The notes under the pieces: generated by a model | What the model was told of the DNA's origin: nothing | What the model saw: the letters and a program-made list of their open reading frames with translations, nothing else | Database searches by the model: none | Position numbers and translations under genes: made by a program | In this document: piece after piece, positions 24,869 to 38,445 of the stretch | Numbering within the stretch: position 1 is the stretch's first letter | How the letters are laid out: each line of letters opens with the position of its first letter | Source: Takakia lepidozioides | Lineage: Eukaryota > Plantae > Bryophyta | NCBI GenBank assembly: GCA_030704615.1 | Contig: CM060731.1 | Location: forward strand, 44,516,001-44,580,000 | Length of the DNA stretch: 64,000 nucleotides | Direction: 5' to 3'

Positions 24869-27800
24869 TTGGAAAAAGAGGTGTACGATTTGAAAGGGAA
24901 GTTGTTGAAATACTCTTTCCAAAACCGTGATGAGACGGCTCATATCAGCCAGTGGAGAGTGCGCCTTGGTCGATACAGAGTACTTGGAGAGCCTCGGCGA
25001 AAGTCCCTTGGGTCATATGTGACGCCCGGGACTGCTACTTCAGTCGTTGAAGACAAGAGGGAGGTGGTGGTGAAAAAAGAACAGACGTCCTCCACTCCAA
25101 TCGTTGAGCTTTCGGATTCGTCCGATGATGACATAAGTGAAATTCCAAATCCAGTCCTTCCTACTGTGGTTGGAGAAGCTGATGTAGAAGAGATTTGTAG
25201 TGTCATTCCAAAATTACGGGCGATGGGAAGAATGGCTGGATTCAAAAGTGAATTGCGAGGAATTGATTGGGAATCTTTGAAGCAGGTGCCTGTGAAGTTC
25301 TTGCCAGAGACTTTTGATGGCGATATCCTATTCGAGCTGCCTCCTCCTCCGCGAGTTGGAGGTGTAACAATCATGATGCATGGAATGGACAAGAAACACG
25401 ACGGGCACCCGTGGTGCAGAACAAAAACATCCAATATTCAGAATGATGACAAGCTTGTTTTCAGGAGAACAGTTTGCAATGGACACCTTAGGTGTGATAA
25501 TTTGAATTGCAGACACTTTCTTCAATCTAGGGTTCATAATCAAAGCGAATGGGAGGGTCTGGCGGAATATCCATTTCAGCCTGGGACTGCCCCTCCACCG
25601 GCAAACACTTTCGTTTGCAAATTCTGCAAACTTGTGCCATCCTGCCTAACGCTCTGCGGAGCAAGAATGTACTATGTTGTCCACCGTTTGAAAACAATGA
25701 CAAGAGCTTGTGTGCATTTCGGATTCCATAACCATCCTGTCTCGAAGGGGGATTACAGGGAGAGTGTTGAGACAGTATCGAGGTTGATTAAACAGGAGTT
25801 CGGGAGAAACCCATCCGCAACAACATCTGCAATTGCTCTTGGCGCAAGCAAGTCCTTCTTGGAAAGCCATATTTTGAGTGAAGGGGATTCTGTGGGGACT
25901 AAACATGACGGTGCAGCATTGGACCTGGTCATGGATCATTTCTCCACTTTGAGTTCACCTAACATTCGGCATCAGATCAATGCATTAATAATGGGCTCTG
26001 GTATCAGAGGCTACATAGACAACATTTTGGAGTTGAAACGAGTGAGCAAGTACGATTACATCCAAGAGAATGTATTCCCAGGTCAAGGTGCCATCAAAGT
26101 GTTTCTTTTCAAAATGTCGACTGTTGGGGAGGGCAGTGGGGTTAGCCTCGTGAAGCGGATGCAGAAGACTGGGGACTTGCAGAACTGTTTTCTTATGTTT
26201 GATCATGTGAAACGAGTGAAGGATTGGACGACAATGGCTTGTCATGTCTACGATCCAGTGTACCAATGAGTTATGAAAATTGCAATTTGTGACATGCAAT
26301 CCGAGGATACGGAATCCCAGAAGCTCATGTGGAATTCCCTGATACGTGTCATGGGCTGCCATCTCCAAAGTTCGCAGGTTTCATGGCGGATAGTGCTCAA
26401 GCAAATTTCAATGTTGTTTGTATTGTCTTCGGATCGGGCGACCCAAAAGTGCCAATGCGAGGAAGAGAGCGTACATGTCTATTCCATTGGACACAATCTC
26501 TGGAAAAACATACAAAGTCGGACATCAAACCAAAGATGCAGACTCAGCACCGTAAATTGTGCAAAGAGTACAAAGATGCTAGAACAATGAAGGAGGCGGA
26601 CACTTTGTTCCAGACAATTCGTGCCTGGTGGTTCTCTTCTGGAGCTGCATCACTTGAGAGTATGAGAGCATTGGAAGATTGGCTGGCGTTTTGGCACTTC
26701 CGGTATAGACAGTGGGGAGCAGCCATGCCAGTGGTACGAGGCTTATATTTATTGCTTTATTCATACATTTACTTTCCATTTTATTGTGTCCTTGCTTTCT
26801 TTATGTTGTTTTCTGTTCACTGTTTTGAAGTGTGGTTCCGCACTTTGCAGAACATGTCCATTGAGGAAATGGCGGACATGCCATCTTGCAATTTGGCAAA
26901 AATTGTGCACAACGCATGGTTGCAGCAATCTGGGAAACGAGGTCGGGATTTGTATGTAGCAACAACAGATGATTTGATACGTGCCTTGCAACAACAAACC
27001 CGATACCGTGATTTCTTACGAGGGGGTTGGTGGCAAGGGTCCGGACAAATGGGAGTTGATGTTGCGTGCTGCAAACAGATCTGGGGATCCAATCAAGATA
27101 GCACGGGCGGTGAGCATGTATGCCCAGGGAACGGCACTTGTTTCTAGAGTTCCACATCTTGAAGGGGAGGAGAGATTCGGCTCCTGTAAGAGGAAATTGA
27201 ACACTCCACCTGGTTCGGATTCCGATTCCCACAGGGGAGATCGTGATAACTTCTCGAAGCCTCGTGTTCCCCTGCATGACAGCTTCATGTCCAGAACTTC
27301 CATTGTGGAGGAACCTCCAACACGACGGCAAGCTCCAGCATCAAACAGTGCCACTGAAATGGTGCAGGAGAGAAACAACCCCCTTGATGTGCTTGAGTCC
27401 GCATGCCCCGACCACGTTTGGCACATAGAACGCACAAGTGTAGGGTCTCGTGTGAAATGTACAGCGATCAGGGCAACTAATTTCGAGAAGTGCACTTCAT
27501 CTATATCCAGAGGTGGTGCCCGAACTCCTACTCCGACTTTCACGGGTTTGATGCGTCCATACGGTCAACCAGAAGCCAAGAACCACAAGTTCTGGTTCTG
27601 CGCAAATGATTGTCCCAGATGTGTGCATGGAATTGTGCGTCCTTCCGTAGTGATGAAGCCATCTCCTCCAACCGTTTGGCCCGTGAAGGTGGGAACACAT
27701 CTCAGCTTTCAGGAGATTGAAATGCTGGAGGAGGTAGGTTTTTCCCTTGCGAGACAATCCCAACTCCATGCATGTGCTACTACTTCTGCGTCCTCCCGGG

Positions 27801-28234
27801 TCCCCCCGACAAATCGTGACTTGCGGCCAACCAAACGAGATGGAAAGCTCGTTTGGCGTTTCCCTCCAACCGTTGAACACTTTGGCAAAGTGGAGTCCGC
27901 AAGAATGCTCCAAGCTCGTGTTGGAAGCACCACGGAAGTACCCGATCCAGGATATGGTCGGGTATTCACAATCATCACTTCCACATCTGCTGTTCATGAT
28001 AGGACCTACGACATCACGGTTTCCAATTTCCCCAATTGCACATGTCCTAATTTTGTGAATATGCTATCAACCAGTTTGGGCAAGAGAGGTAAATTCATAC
28101 CCTGCAAACATTTGTATTTCATATTTTTGAAGATGATGGTTTGCGATCCCAAACGTGACAACTTCATTCACCAAGCCACTATGAGTTTCAATGAGGTCGA
28201 TACTCTATTGCAGTGGGATACAACACATGGGTAG
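24869..28234 (+). mobile_element. Mutator-like (MULE) transposase gene: GCM/WRKY-like zinc domain, DDE core, SWIM finger; disrupted
   Basis: DGHPWCRTKTSN..CNGHLRC..C..CKFC..HNHP; LMFDHVKR (D); GFMADSAQA (D); CLFHW (CxxH); SCNLAKIVHN (expected E is K); SWIM CTCPNF..PCKHLYF. There is a premature TGA at 26267, frameshifts at ~26357 and ~27025, and a probable intron at 26733-26850. The coding region probably begins upstream at ~24400. Confidence 0.8.
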
Positions 28235-28429
28235 CATCAACCATTGTTATTTAAGGTCTTCTCATGGCAGCCTTTATGGCGCACACTTTGTGAGGATATT
28301 TTCTCGTCCTCGTAATTGTAAAAGTGAAACAAGCATTTGTAATTGCACAATGTTGGATGCTACAATTGTAGGCCTCATGGTAGTCTTGATTCTATTTAGG
28401 CAAGACTCCCTGCATTAATTCCACGGTCT

Positions 28430-28585
28430 TAGGACCATCATCGGTTATAGGCGGCGCATGTTAATGCTGACGTGGCAGATGACGGACAGTGCCACGTCAT
28501 CATTTGCCGCCACATCAGCATGCTGACATGACGCTCACGCCACGTCAGCCGGCGTGAGAGTACGCTCACGCGCAACGCTCACGCC
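28430..28585. repeat. subterminal-like repeats (TGACGTGGC/GCCACGTCA, ACGCTCACG) downstream of the transposase
   Basis: Several direct and inverted copies of these motifs in 150 bp. Confidence 0.5.
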
Positions 28586-29208
28586 ATTGCGTCGTTGGGA
28601 ACCTCCGCCACAGGTTCGGGTATCACATGCACAGCAGGGATTTCCTTGGACAAACTCTGCATCTTTGGTACCACTGGTTCCCTGACCAAGCCAGAGTTTT
28701 CATAGAGAAGGTCACCCTTCTCAATTTCTGCCACTACCTGCTCTGTAGTGGGAATGTCCAACCCTTCCCCTTCCACAGCAATAGGCTCTGGTGTAACAGC
28801 ATGTACTAACTGAGTGATTCCTGGCACAACTGAGTCAACTGGCTGTGGTGGTTGTGGTACCGAGGTGACTTCTTTCTCCCTCTCCAAAGGCCGTGCTTCC
28901 AGCAATAATAGCCCCCTGTGTTGCTGCTCCTCATCCTACACAAGCGCTATAGAGACATCATCCTGTGGTTTCCTCATAGCTAGTGGATCTGCCACTACTG
29001 TTGCATCCCGCTTCTGCCTCTTGGACCGGTGTTGCCCCTCCAATCCTTCTTCACTATGTGAAGAGCCCTGCTCCTCAATTGCAGTGGTTGCTGTCTCAAA
29101 CACTCCCATCTCCTTGCGTTCACGCGCATCAAGCAAACAAGAATCCATGATAATTTGAGCAATTATCGGGCCAGACACAATGATCGGAGATTTAGCAGCA
29201 GTGCCCTG

Positions 29209-29830
29209 CACTAGAAGAAAAACGCGGAATAACCACTCTGTTAACCACTCATTTTGAGTGGTAAAAGACACTAAACCACTCTGGCCGCAGAGTGATGAAG
29301 AACCAGTGCATTAGGACAAGTGAGTGGTAAAAGACATTACGTGGCACCGGTGGTTAAGGACAGTGGTTCGAACCACTCACGTCCGGGTCCACCTGTTAGC
29401 TGACGTGTCACAGTGGTAAATTAACCACTGTGACATGTCAATGACGTGTCACTGAGGTAAACCAACCACTTATGACGTGTCACAGTGGTAAACTGACGTG
29501 TCATAGTGGTAAAGTAACCACTTCCGTTTTGTAGTGGAGACGTGTAAGCCGGTGGTCCGTGGATGATATTGGAGATTATGTCGACACGTGGCGACACTCT
29601 CAGCATGGACACGTGTTGTGTGTCAGTGCTACGAAATGGATGGAGTGAAATTCAATGACTTCCGAAACCACTTGTTGAGTGATCTCAAAATGACTCATAG
29701 AGTCATTATATGAAAACGAAGAATATACAATATCACTCACAGAGTGGTTATGTGAGTGGATGACGTCTCTCAGCAGGTCATTGGAATGATTACCCACCGC
29801 CAAATGTATTTAGTATCAATGTGCGCGCCA
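29209..29830 (+). mobile_element. CACTA-like terminal/subterminal fragment
   Basis: CACTAGAAGAAAAACG at 29209, followed by dense ACCACT/AGTGGT and TGACGTGTCA repeats. It truncates an unknown minus-strand frame (28579-29208). Confidence 0.5.
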
Positions 29831-30048
29831 TTGACAAACATCATCTTGTAAGATTTTTAGTTGCAGAATTTGGAGTAGAATTCATGAACCTTGTCATAAG
29901 TTCAAACGTCCTTTTTGTATTACCAATAGTCACGTACGGGATAATTTGGGATTGCACTATTTACATATTGTATTAGGATAAGAGAATAGAGATAGTATAC
30001 ATTAATTTTAGAAGATAAACACCACAAAGGAAGGAGTAGTGGAGCAAG

Positions 30049-33000
30049 ATGGCGGACAATGAAGAAATGGTGGACAACGCACACCCTACTCATCAAGCCA
30101 ATAATGAGACGGTGTGGATGATGGAGCGCTTACACGAATTGCAGAATGTTCTTGTCACGACCCAACAACAAAACAACGTATTGATGGAGGAGCTTAAACA
30201 AGTGAGACAATCGACCGCCTAGGGACTGGTTGTTGGTGGGTCGGATACGTTACTGCAAAAGATGACCAAGACGTGCAACGTCGAGCCGTATAAAGGAAGT
30301 TGCGTCATGGGAGTGCTAGAAGGATGAATTTATCGAATGGAGGTACATCTGTCATATTTTCCTACATCAAGCGATTTGGACCACGGAATGTTCATACGAT
30401 CTTTTCTACTCGACAATGCTTCAACATGGTTACAGACATGGGAGAGAAGACAGATTGCAAAATAAGAACCTTTACTATGGAGCACATTGAAAGCGGGACT
30501 GCTCCAACAATTCAAGGCAGTATATGCTGTTACAACTGTTCGAATGAAATTATGGAATTTGGAACAACGCAGGAGTGTGCAAAATTACATTGAAGATTTT
30601 TTGAATTTTCAGGTCCAAATCGAAGACATGAGTCATGCAGAAGCTTTAGATAACTTCAAAAGAGGATTGAAGAAAAAAATTCAAGGAGAGATAATTTTAC
30701 GCAACCCGGTTGATGTCCACGAAGCAATTTCATTGGCCCAAAAGATTGAAGGGACGCTACCAAGATACGACGAAGGTATACACGTTCCATTGAACCAATA
30801 CGGACCAACGCCTATGGAGCTTGGAAATCTTCAAAGACGGGATCTTCCAATACTCTCAAAGAAATAGGTCGGAAATCAGATATAGGGAAGATAACACACA
30901 ACGGCGAATGAAATTGAATGACAAAGATGTGACCTCATTAACATTCTCACAAACAGAAAGACAAACGGAAAGTAGAGAACGTTACAACTGTGGAAAATAC
31001 GGACATCTTGCGGCTAACTGCGGAAGTGGAAAGTACAATCGACAAACTTATCGAAGACCTCTTAACAGTTGAAGGAGAGGAAAAGATAACGAACATCACA
31101 ATAAGCAGGAAAACAAAGACAACCAGTAAGTAGACCTCGCTGTCTTACTAGTTCTACAAAGAAGAGGAAATGCGAGGGGCCCTACAAGGAGAAGAGACGC
31201 AGTTAATTGTGGCAGATGGAACCTTGGAAGGTATTCATGTGAGAGTGTTGATAGACCCGGGGGCAACAAAAAAATTCTTATCTAGAAAGGCTGCCTTGAA
31301 ACTAGGACTCCCATTAGAAAAGGATGAAAGAGATGAAGTAGAAATGTCAAATGGACATACAGAGGCCATTGAGACACTACCTAAAAACATAGAGTTGTCG
31401 ATTGGTAAATATAGAGAAACCTTAGAATGACGAGTGGTCAGACTGGCTCGATATGACGTAATATTATACATGCCTTGGATGGAATCTCACAACCCTGATG
31501 TTGATTGGCGTCGAAAGATAGTTGAAACCCAGAATTGAAAAATATGGAGAGATCGAGTGAGGACACCATATCAAAACCTACCATCATTTGTTATAGGTAC
31601 TACAGCTATATGTAAGAAAGACGTATTATTTGTAGGTTTAATAAGAGACGTGAAAAATCCAAAAACAGACATGAGTGAGGTCCATTTAGAATTACAGAAT
31701 GTATTGAAAGAGTTCAAAGATGTTTTTCCAGATGACCTACCAGCACGGCTTCCGCCAAAAAGAAGAGTAGATCATAAGATTGAGGTTGTTCCAAGTAGTA
31801 TTCCTTCTTGTAAAGTCACTTATCGATTAGCACCAAACGAGTTGGTAGAATGTAAGGCTCAAGTCGATGACTTACTATCTAAAGGCTTTATAAGACCAAG
31901 TGTATCCCCGTATGGAGCGCCGTTGTTGTTTGTGAAGAAAAAAGATGGAGTAATGCGCATGTGCATTTATTATCGAGCACTCAACCAACAGACAGTGAAG
32001 AACAAGTACCCGTTACCACGCATAGACGATCTATTTGACCAACTGCGAGGAGCAAAATACTTTACGAAACTTGATTTGAGGAGTGGATACAACCAAATTC
32101 GAGTCGCTGATAAAGATGTATATAAGACCGTTTTCCTCACTAGGTATGGATATTTTGAATACATGGTTATGCCATTTGGTCTCACCAATGCCCCAGCCAC
32201 ATTCATGGGCCTCATGAATGATATCTTCCGCTCATTCTTAGATAAATTTGTGATAGTCTTTTTAGATGATATTTTGATCTATAGTAACAGCCTTGTCGAG
32301 CATAGAAACCACCTCAAACAAGTATTACAAGTTCTCCGTGAGAATCAGCTATATGCCAAAGCATCTAAATCTGAGTTTGGAAAACAAGAAGTAGATTATC
32401 TTGGGCATCGCGTGAGTAGGAAGGGAATTGAGATAATGAGTGAAAATATTGAAGCTATTCATTAGTGGATAGCCTCTGAAGACATTACCCAATTAAGGAG
32501 TTTTCTTGGTCTTACCGGATTCTACAGACGATTTGTACGGGCATTCTCAAAGAATGCCCAACCATTGACAAATCTTTTGGGCAAAGGATGGAAGTGGGGT
32601 ACAGAAGAAGAGTTAGCATTTCAGGTCTTGAAAGATGCGTTGCTTCATGCCCCGATCTTTAAATGGTATGATCCGACAAGACTAATCAAGCTCTCGGTAG
32701 ATGCGTCAAACTCAGCAGTGGGTAGGGTGTTACAACAGAATAGGAAGACGGATGGCACCCAGTGGCATATTTTTCTCGCAAATTGTTACCTACGGAACAA
32801 AATTACTATACAACCGAACGAGAAGAATTGGCTATTATTTTGGCTACAAAACATTGGAAGCACTATCTTGGAGACAAAGAGTTCATAGTGGAGACAAACT
32901 CTAAATCGTTGGTGTACTTGGAGACAAAGAAAGATCTATCAAAGAGACAGATTCGTTGGGCGGAGTGGCGACAATAATTTAACATGAAGATCGTCTATAT

Positions 33001-34667
33001 GGAGGAAAAACGGCAATTGGTGGATGCAATGACAAGGATGCCGCGCATGAACACATTGACCCCTGATGAACCTGCATTGAAAACAAAAGTCTTGTTTGAA
33101 ACTCATGATACGGCGATAGCAGGACATGTTGGAGTTGAAAAAACATTCGAACAACTAAAACGAACATTTTATTGCCCGCGGATGCGAGACGAGGTGGAGG
33201 CGTACGTTCGAAGTTGCATGAAATGTCAACAAAACAAGTCAACAAACCGCAAGCCAGCAGGTCCTTTACAACCACTATCAGTACCAAACAGACTTTAGGA
33301 ACATATGAGCATGGATTTAGTTTGTGAGTTACCTCAAACCTCATCGGGATACGACACTATAGTGGTCTTTGTAGACAAATTGAGTAAGATGATACACATC
33401 CGTCCCACTAGAAAATCCGTCACTGCACTTGAACTAGCTTGTTTTGGAAAAGCTTATTTGGTCTTTTTAAAACCAAATTAGCTATATCAACAGCCTATCA
33501 TCCGAAGTCAGATGGACAGACATAGCGAGCGAATCGGACAATTGAAGATATGTTGTGGTGACGTTAGAAGAACAAGAAGAGTGAGATTAGTAAATACCAT
33601 TGGTAGAATTTTCATATAATAACTAAACGCGTCAACGAAAGAAACTCATTTCTTTTTAATGTATGGTGAACACCCAAATATGCCAACAACTCTTACAAAG
33701 TTCAAGTTACCAAATGATAAGTTATCCAAGGTAGCCGTGACTAACGCATTTGTGCAACAAATTCGACGGGGAGTACGTCAAGCTAAAGAAAAGCTGATGG
33801 TTGCCCAAAATCGCCAAAAGCAGTATGCAAATGTACGTCGACGGGATGATGAGTTTGCAGTTGGGGATCAAGTGTGGTTGTCTACAACCGATTTACACAT
33901 CATTGGATCGCGAAAACTAGGGGCATGGTTCATTGGTCCTTTTTTTATCATTAAACGTATTGGAGCAGTAGCATACAAGCTGCAGTTACCACCACATATG
34001 AAGATCCACCCGGTGTTTCACGTTTTTCTACTATGTCGTTACGAACCTCGACCATTAATATTTAAAGATAATCAAGAACCGCAACTTTTACTAGAGTTGA
34101 TAGACGGAAATGAAGAGTGGGAGGTCGACCGTGTTCTGAAAAAACGCACATACAAACGAGTGCGACATGAGGTGTTGGAGTATTTGGTTTTATGGAAATG
34201 ATTTCCATTATATGAAGCTACCTGGGAACCTGTGCAAAATCTCGCAAATGCTCAATTGGCAATCCAAGCATTTGAAAATTCGAACAACGAGGACGTTGCT
34301 TCAAAGAGGGGATGATTGTAACATGGTATAATCTAGATGGAGGAGGTAAGTTCCTTAGAAGTTTCCAAAATAACTAGGAAGGTTCCTAGGAAGTTTGACT
34401 TGAGGCTCTCAAATCAAACCTATAAGATATTTATATTATGGAGAGTAGGTCAAATGTTTGATAAAGTCATATTGTGGAAAATATGTCAAACCTAGGAAGG
34501 TAGACTTTAGGGAAGTTTTGACTTGAGGCTCTCAAGTCAAACCTTTAAAATAATCATATTGTGAAGGGTATATAAACATGCAATGAAAGCCTAGAAAGCA
34601 TCGAGTTGTTTTGGGAAAAAATTGAAAAATACTTTTATTCTAGTTTGTGTTGATCCTGGGTGTTACA
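30049..34667 (+). mobile_element. Ty3/gypsy chromovirus, decayed, 5' LTR missing; 3' LTR 34317-34667
   Basis: gag (GPTPMELG, YNCGKYGHLAANC), PR (VLIDPGA), RT ([20 protein letters not shown]), RH (VDAS), INT (HDTAIAGH, SMDLV) and chromodomain (EWEVDRVL..YLVLWK..ATWEP). PPT aaagaggggatga; LTR TGTAACA...TGTTACA. Confidence 0.93.
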
Positions 34668-37665
34668 CGTAACATTTCCAATGTACGAAATACTCAAGAC
34701 GTTTATACTTGATGCGAGAGTCTAGGACTTCGTCGACTTCATACTCGATTTCCTAATTGGCGTCGATTGGTGGAGGTGGTACGGAGACTCTCCCTGGAAT
34801 ATTCGATAGATGATACAACTCCAATAATGAAATATGAAAGACTGGATGGATGCGCATACTTCGTGGGAGTTCAAGCCGAAAACTAACCTGATTTATTTGT
34901 CGAATAATTTTGAATGGTCCCAGGCGTTGATAATCCAACTCCTTTGATGGTCACGAGGTTTATAAGTCATATCGAAGAAGCCACACACAATCTCTCACCT
35001 TGAACTGGGGTTGGAGTTGACGATATTGATCTGCATACTCCTTGTATTGTTTTTGAGCTTCCGCGAGACGGAATGCAAGCTCCTTGTGAATCGTAGCAAT
35101 ATGAGTAGCAAAGTTTTCTTCAACAGGGCTTCCAACAGTTTTCATGTGAAAAGGATTTGCTCGAGGATGATGACCATAATTGGAAAAAAAAATAAAATGA
35201 AGTTTGCTTGGTCGAAAAATATATAGTGTTGTTGTAGGCAAACTCAGCTAATGACAGAAGGTCCGTCCAATTATCTTGGTGATAATTTATCGTACAACGA
35301 AGATATTGCTCCAAAATCTGGTTTACGCGTTCGGTTTGACCATCAGTCTGTGGATGATTAGTTGTAAAGAGGTTGATCTTCGTATCCAATATGTGAAATA
35401 ATCTCATCCAGAAATTTGATATGAACTGTGGTCCTCGATCAGATACGATGTCCTTCGGGAGTCCATGAATGCGGTAGATATTATTGAGGAAGAGTCTTGC
35501 AGTTTCCTCGCCTGTAACCGTCTTATTACATGGAATGAAATGTGTCATCTTCGTAAAACGATCCACAATAACAAGGATTGAGTCGGTGGTCTTCGAAATT
35601 GGAAGGTTCGTATTAAAATCCATAGACAAGGACGACCATGGACCCTTGGGAATGGGTAATGGTTAAAGAAGGCCGTAAGGTCGATGTCGTGGTCATTTCG
35701 CCCTAGCACATGTGTCACAAGATTTTACAAATTCTTTCACGAGTTTCCACACCTGCAGCCACTAATAGTCCTTGGATATCAATTACAGTGTTTTGTTGAA
35801 GTCAAAATGTCTTGCAGCCAAAAGATCATCGATTTAGTTGATTTTGTAGTGTCGTGGCAAATTGGTCGCTCTTCAGTGCTTCCTGAATCTCATTTATGAT
35901 CTCTATATCGTCATAGGTGGACATGGATAGCATATTCAATTGGAGATTTGTTGGTTTCAAGATAATGGAGTTCTGTTGGTCAAAAGCTGTGTCCCCTTCT
36001 TTTGGCGCAAGATACGATCGTCGAGAAAGAGCATTTGGTTTTCCTTGAAGATGTCCGGGACGGTAGATAATAACAAAATCAAACCTTGCTAATGACATAC
36101 TCCATCTCGCTTAACGTCGATTCAAAACACGAGCACTCATAAAATACTCGAGGTTTTTGTGATCGGTATAGACAGTGAGCTGATGTTTAGTTCCCTCTAA
36201 TAGATGACGTCACTCCTCAAAAACATCGATAATCGCTAAAAGTTCTTTATCATGGATTTCATAATTGATCTCCGCAGCGGAAAATTTGCGAGAACGAAAA
36301 CCAACAGGGTGAAGTCGGCCATCTGTACCGTATTGAGAGAATATCGCGCCAAGTGCAAAGTTCGATGCATCTGCTTCCAAAAGAATGGTTTAGATGGGTC
36401 TGCATGTACCAGTATTGGAGCCGTCGTAAATGTCTGCTTCAGTCTTTCAAATCATTGGTCAGCCTTCTCGTCCCATACAAATTTGTCCTTCCCTATAAGT
36501 CGTGTCAATGGTACAACAATTTTGGAGTAGTCCTTGATGAAGATGCAAATCTTAGAAAACATTGTACATCTCGGACCGAAGTTGGTTTAATCCACTCAAT
36601 GATGGTTTGTATTTTCTTCTGATCCATAAAGACTCATTTGTCGAAAATAATGTAGCCCAAAATTCGACTTCAGATTGGTGGAAAAGACATTTTTCCAACT
36701 TGACATATAGTTTTTTTTTCCTCAATTTATCAAGGACAAATCATACATGGCGACCATGTTCTTTTTCATTCTGTGAAAATATCAAAATGTTGTCTAAATA
36801 GATGACTACAAAGTCATCTAAAAATTCTCGAAAGATATCATTCATCATGTGTTGAAAAATTGTTGGAACATTTGTAAGACCGAAAGGCATAACACTGCAT
36901 TCAAAATGTCCGTACCTTGTGTGAAAAGCAGTCTTTCATTCGTCTCCTTCTTTTATTCGTACAAGGTTGTAAGCTCCTCTCAAGTCGTCTTTGTGAAAAA
37001 AATTGCTCGTCCAAGTTGTTCGAGGAGTCCGAAATCAGCGGTAGTGGGTAACGATTTTTTATAGTGACTTTGTTGAACCCACGATAGTCCACACACATGC
37101 GTGACGATCCGTCCTTCTTCTTCACAAATAAGATACGTGCCAGCTCCGTCTGAGATAAATTGTAGATTGGGCCGAATGGTGGTTGAGCTCTTTCTTGCAA
37201 CTCAATTGCACAATCATAAGGTCGATATTCTGACAACATGTCTGCATTTTTCTTCTCGAAGACATCCTTGAAATCTTGATATTGAATGGGTAATGTCGAA
37301 GTACCTTGGTCTATTGTGGTCTTGATCGGAGTCGCATAAAGTACAAATGTCGCATCTTTCTTCGTAGCTCTCATGAAGGCTCTAGCTCCAAAAAACAGGG
37401 GTTGAATACCTTTGGTGCTTTTGCATTTTTGTCTTGCCAAATTTTTCGTGATCACCAGTCGATGTCAGGATTATGAAGTACAAACCAGGGAGGTCCAAGG
37501 ATCACAGGATTCGTTGGAGACTGGATGACATTAAAAACAATCTGTGATGCTTGATTTTTAAGCTTCACTTCAAGGGGTCGAGTTTCATGGTCAATATTTT
37601 CTGATGCTAACGGTCGTCCATCGATGACTTCAACAGGGGCCGGGAATTTCTTTATTTGAGTCATT
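34668..37665 (-). mobile_element. second Ty3/gypsy chromovirus pol fragment, truncated in its chromodomain by the + strand element
   Basis: PR end ([17 protein letters not shown]), RT ([15 protein letters not shown]), RH, INT (SMDFNTNLP, HPQTDGQTERVNQ), [10 protein letters not shown] and EYEVDEVLDSR..YFVHWK. Confidence 0.92.
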
Positions 37666-37669
37666 CATG

Positions 37670-37889
37670 GTGTCTCTCTGAGTGGGAACTATGGATTAGA
37701 GTGATTACTAATACCACTGGAGGAATTCATACCACTATTACAGTAATATATATGTGACTACTTATACCACTATACGAGTGGTAATTATGTGCATTTGGCT
37801 ACTCCCACAGTTTTAAATTATACCACTATTACAGTGTTGTGCAAGTGATTATGAACATGACTAGAGGAACACATACCACTAGTGTAGTG
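37670..37889. mobile_element. CACTA-like right terminus with ATACCACT subterminal repeats
   Basis: Repeated ataccact motifs ending in ...agtgTAGTG at 37889. Confidence 0.5.
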
Positions 37890-38169
37890 AAAGAAGTACC
37901 ATTGGGGATTCAAGCTCCACAAAATAGACTAGAATCCCAGAGAGTTAAGTGTTGGAACACTGTCAACAAAATCCAGCCATGCAATGTCGGGGGGAGTCTC
38001 AAAGAAGAAGGCCGTTAAGTTTATACCGAAACCAACTTTGGCAGGCAATGCTCAATAAAAGTCTGAGCCTAACTTCTACACGGCGTCTCCACATGCATGC
38101 TAGGAACACTGAACTACTTTCCTGCCTTCTTCTCACTGCCAGCAAAGTCTATGCCCGGGCGAACGAAAT

Positions 38170-38445
38170 CTAAGCCCTCTTCATGTTCTTCTCTGGCCAA
38201 AGACAATTCAGACCGACGACATCCTCCAACATTGTTTGCGGTGGGACCTCTTCCTCGTTAGGGTGAGGCAAGACACAATTGGCAATATAGATATCATTCA
38301 CCTCAACCCGCCACAATCCTTCAGGTATAACACGACAGTGATTTGTGTCTTTGCCAGGCACACCAGTGACAATTCCACAAGCAGCCCTGTGTCGTGGTAA
38401 ATGAGGATCATACAGGCTGATTTTGTCCTTCAACTTAAACTGCAC
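38170..38445 (-). pseudogene. En/Spm (CACTA) TNP1-like C-terminal domain fragment
   Basis: AACGIV..G..HCRVIPEGLWRVEVNDI..LPHPN..LEDVVG..LWP pattern, typical of CACTA accessory proteins. Confidence 0.55.

Noticed and set aside
29209-37889. A single CACTA element spanning both gypsy insertions
   Set aside because: The termini match only over CACTA and the flanking 3-mers differ (ctg vs aaa), so they are reported as separate fragments.
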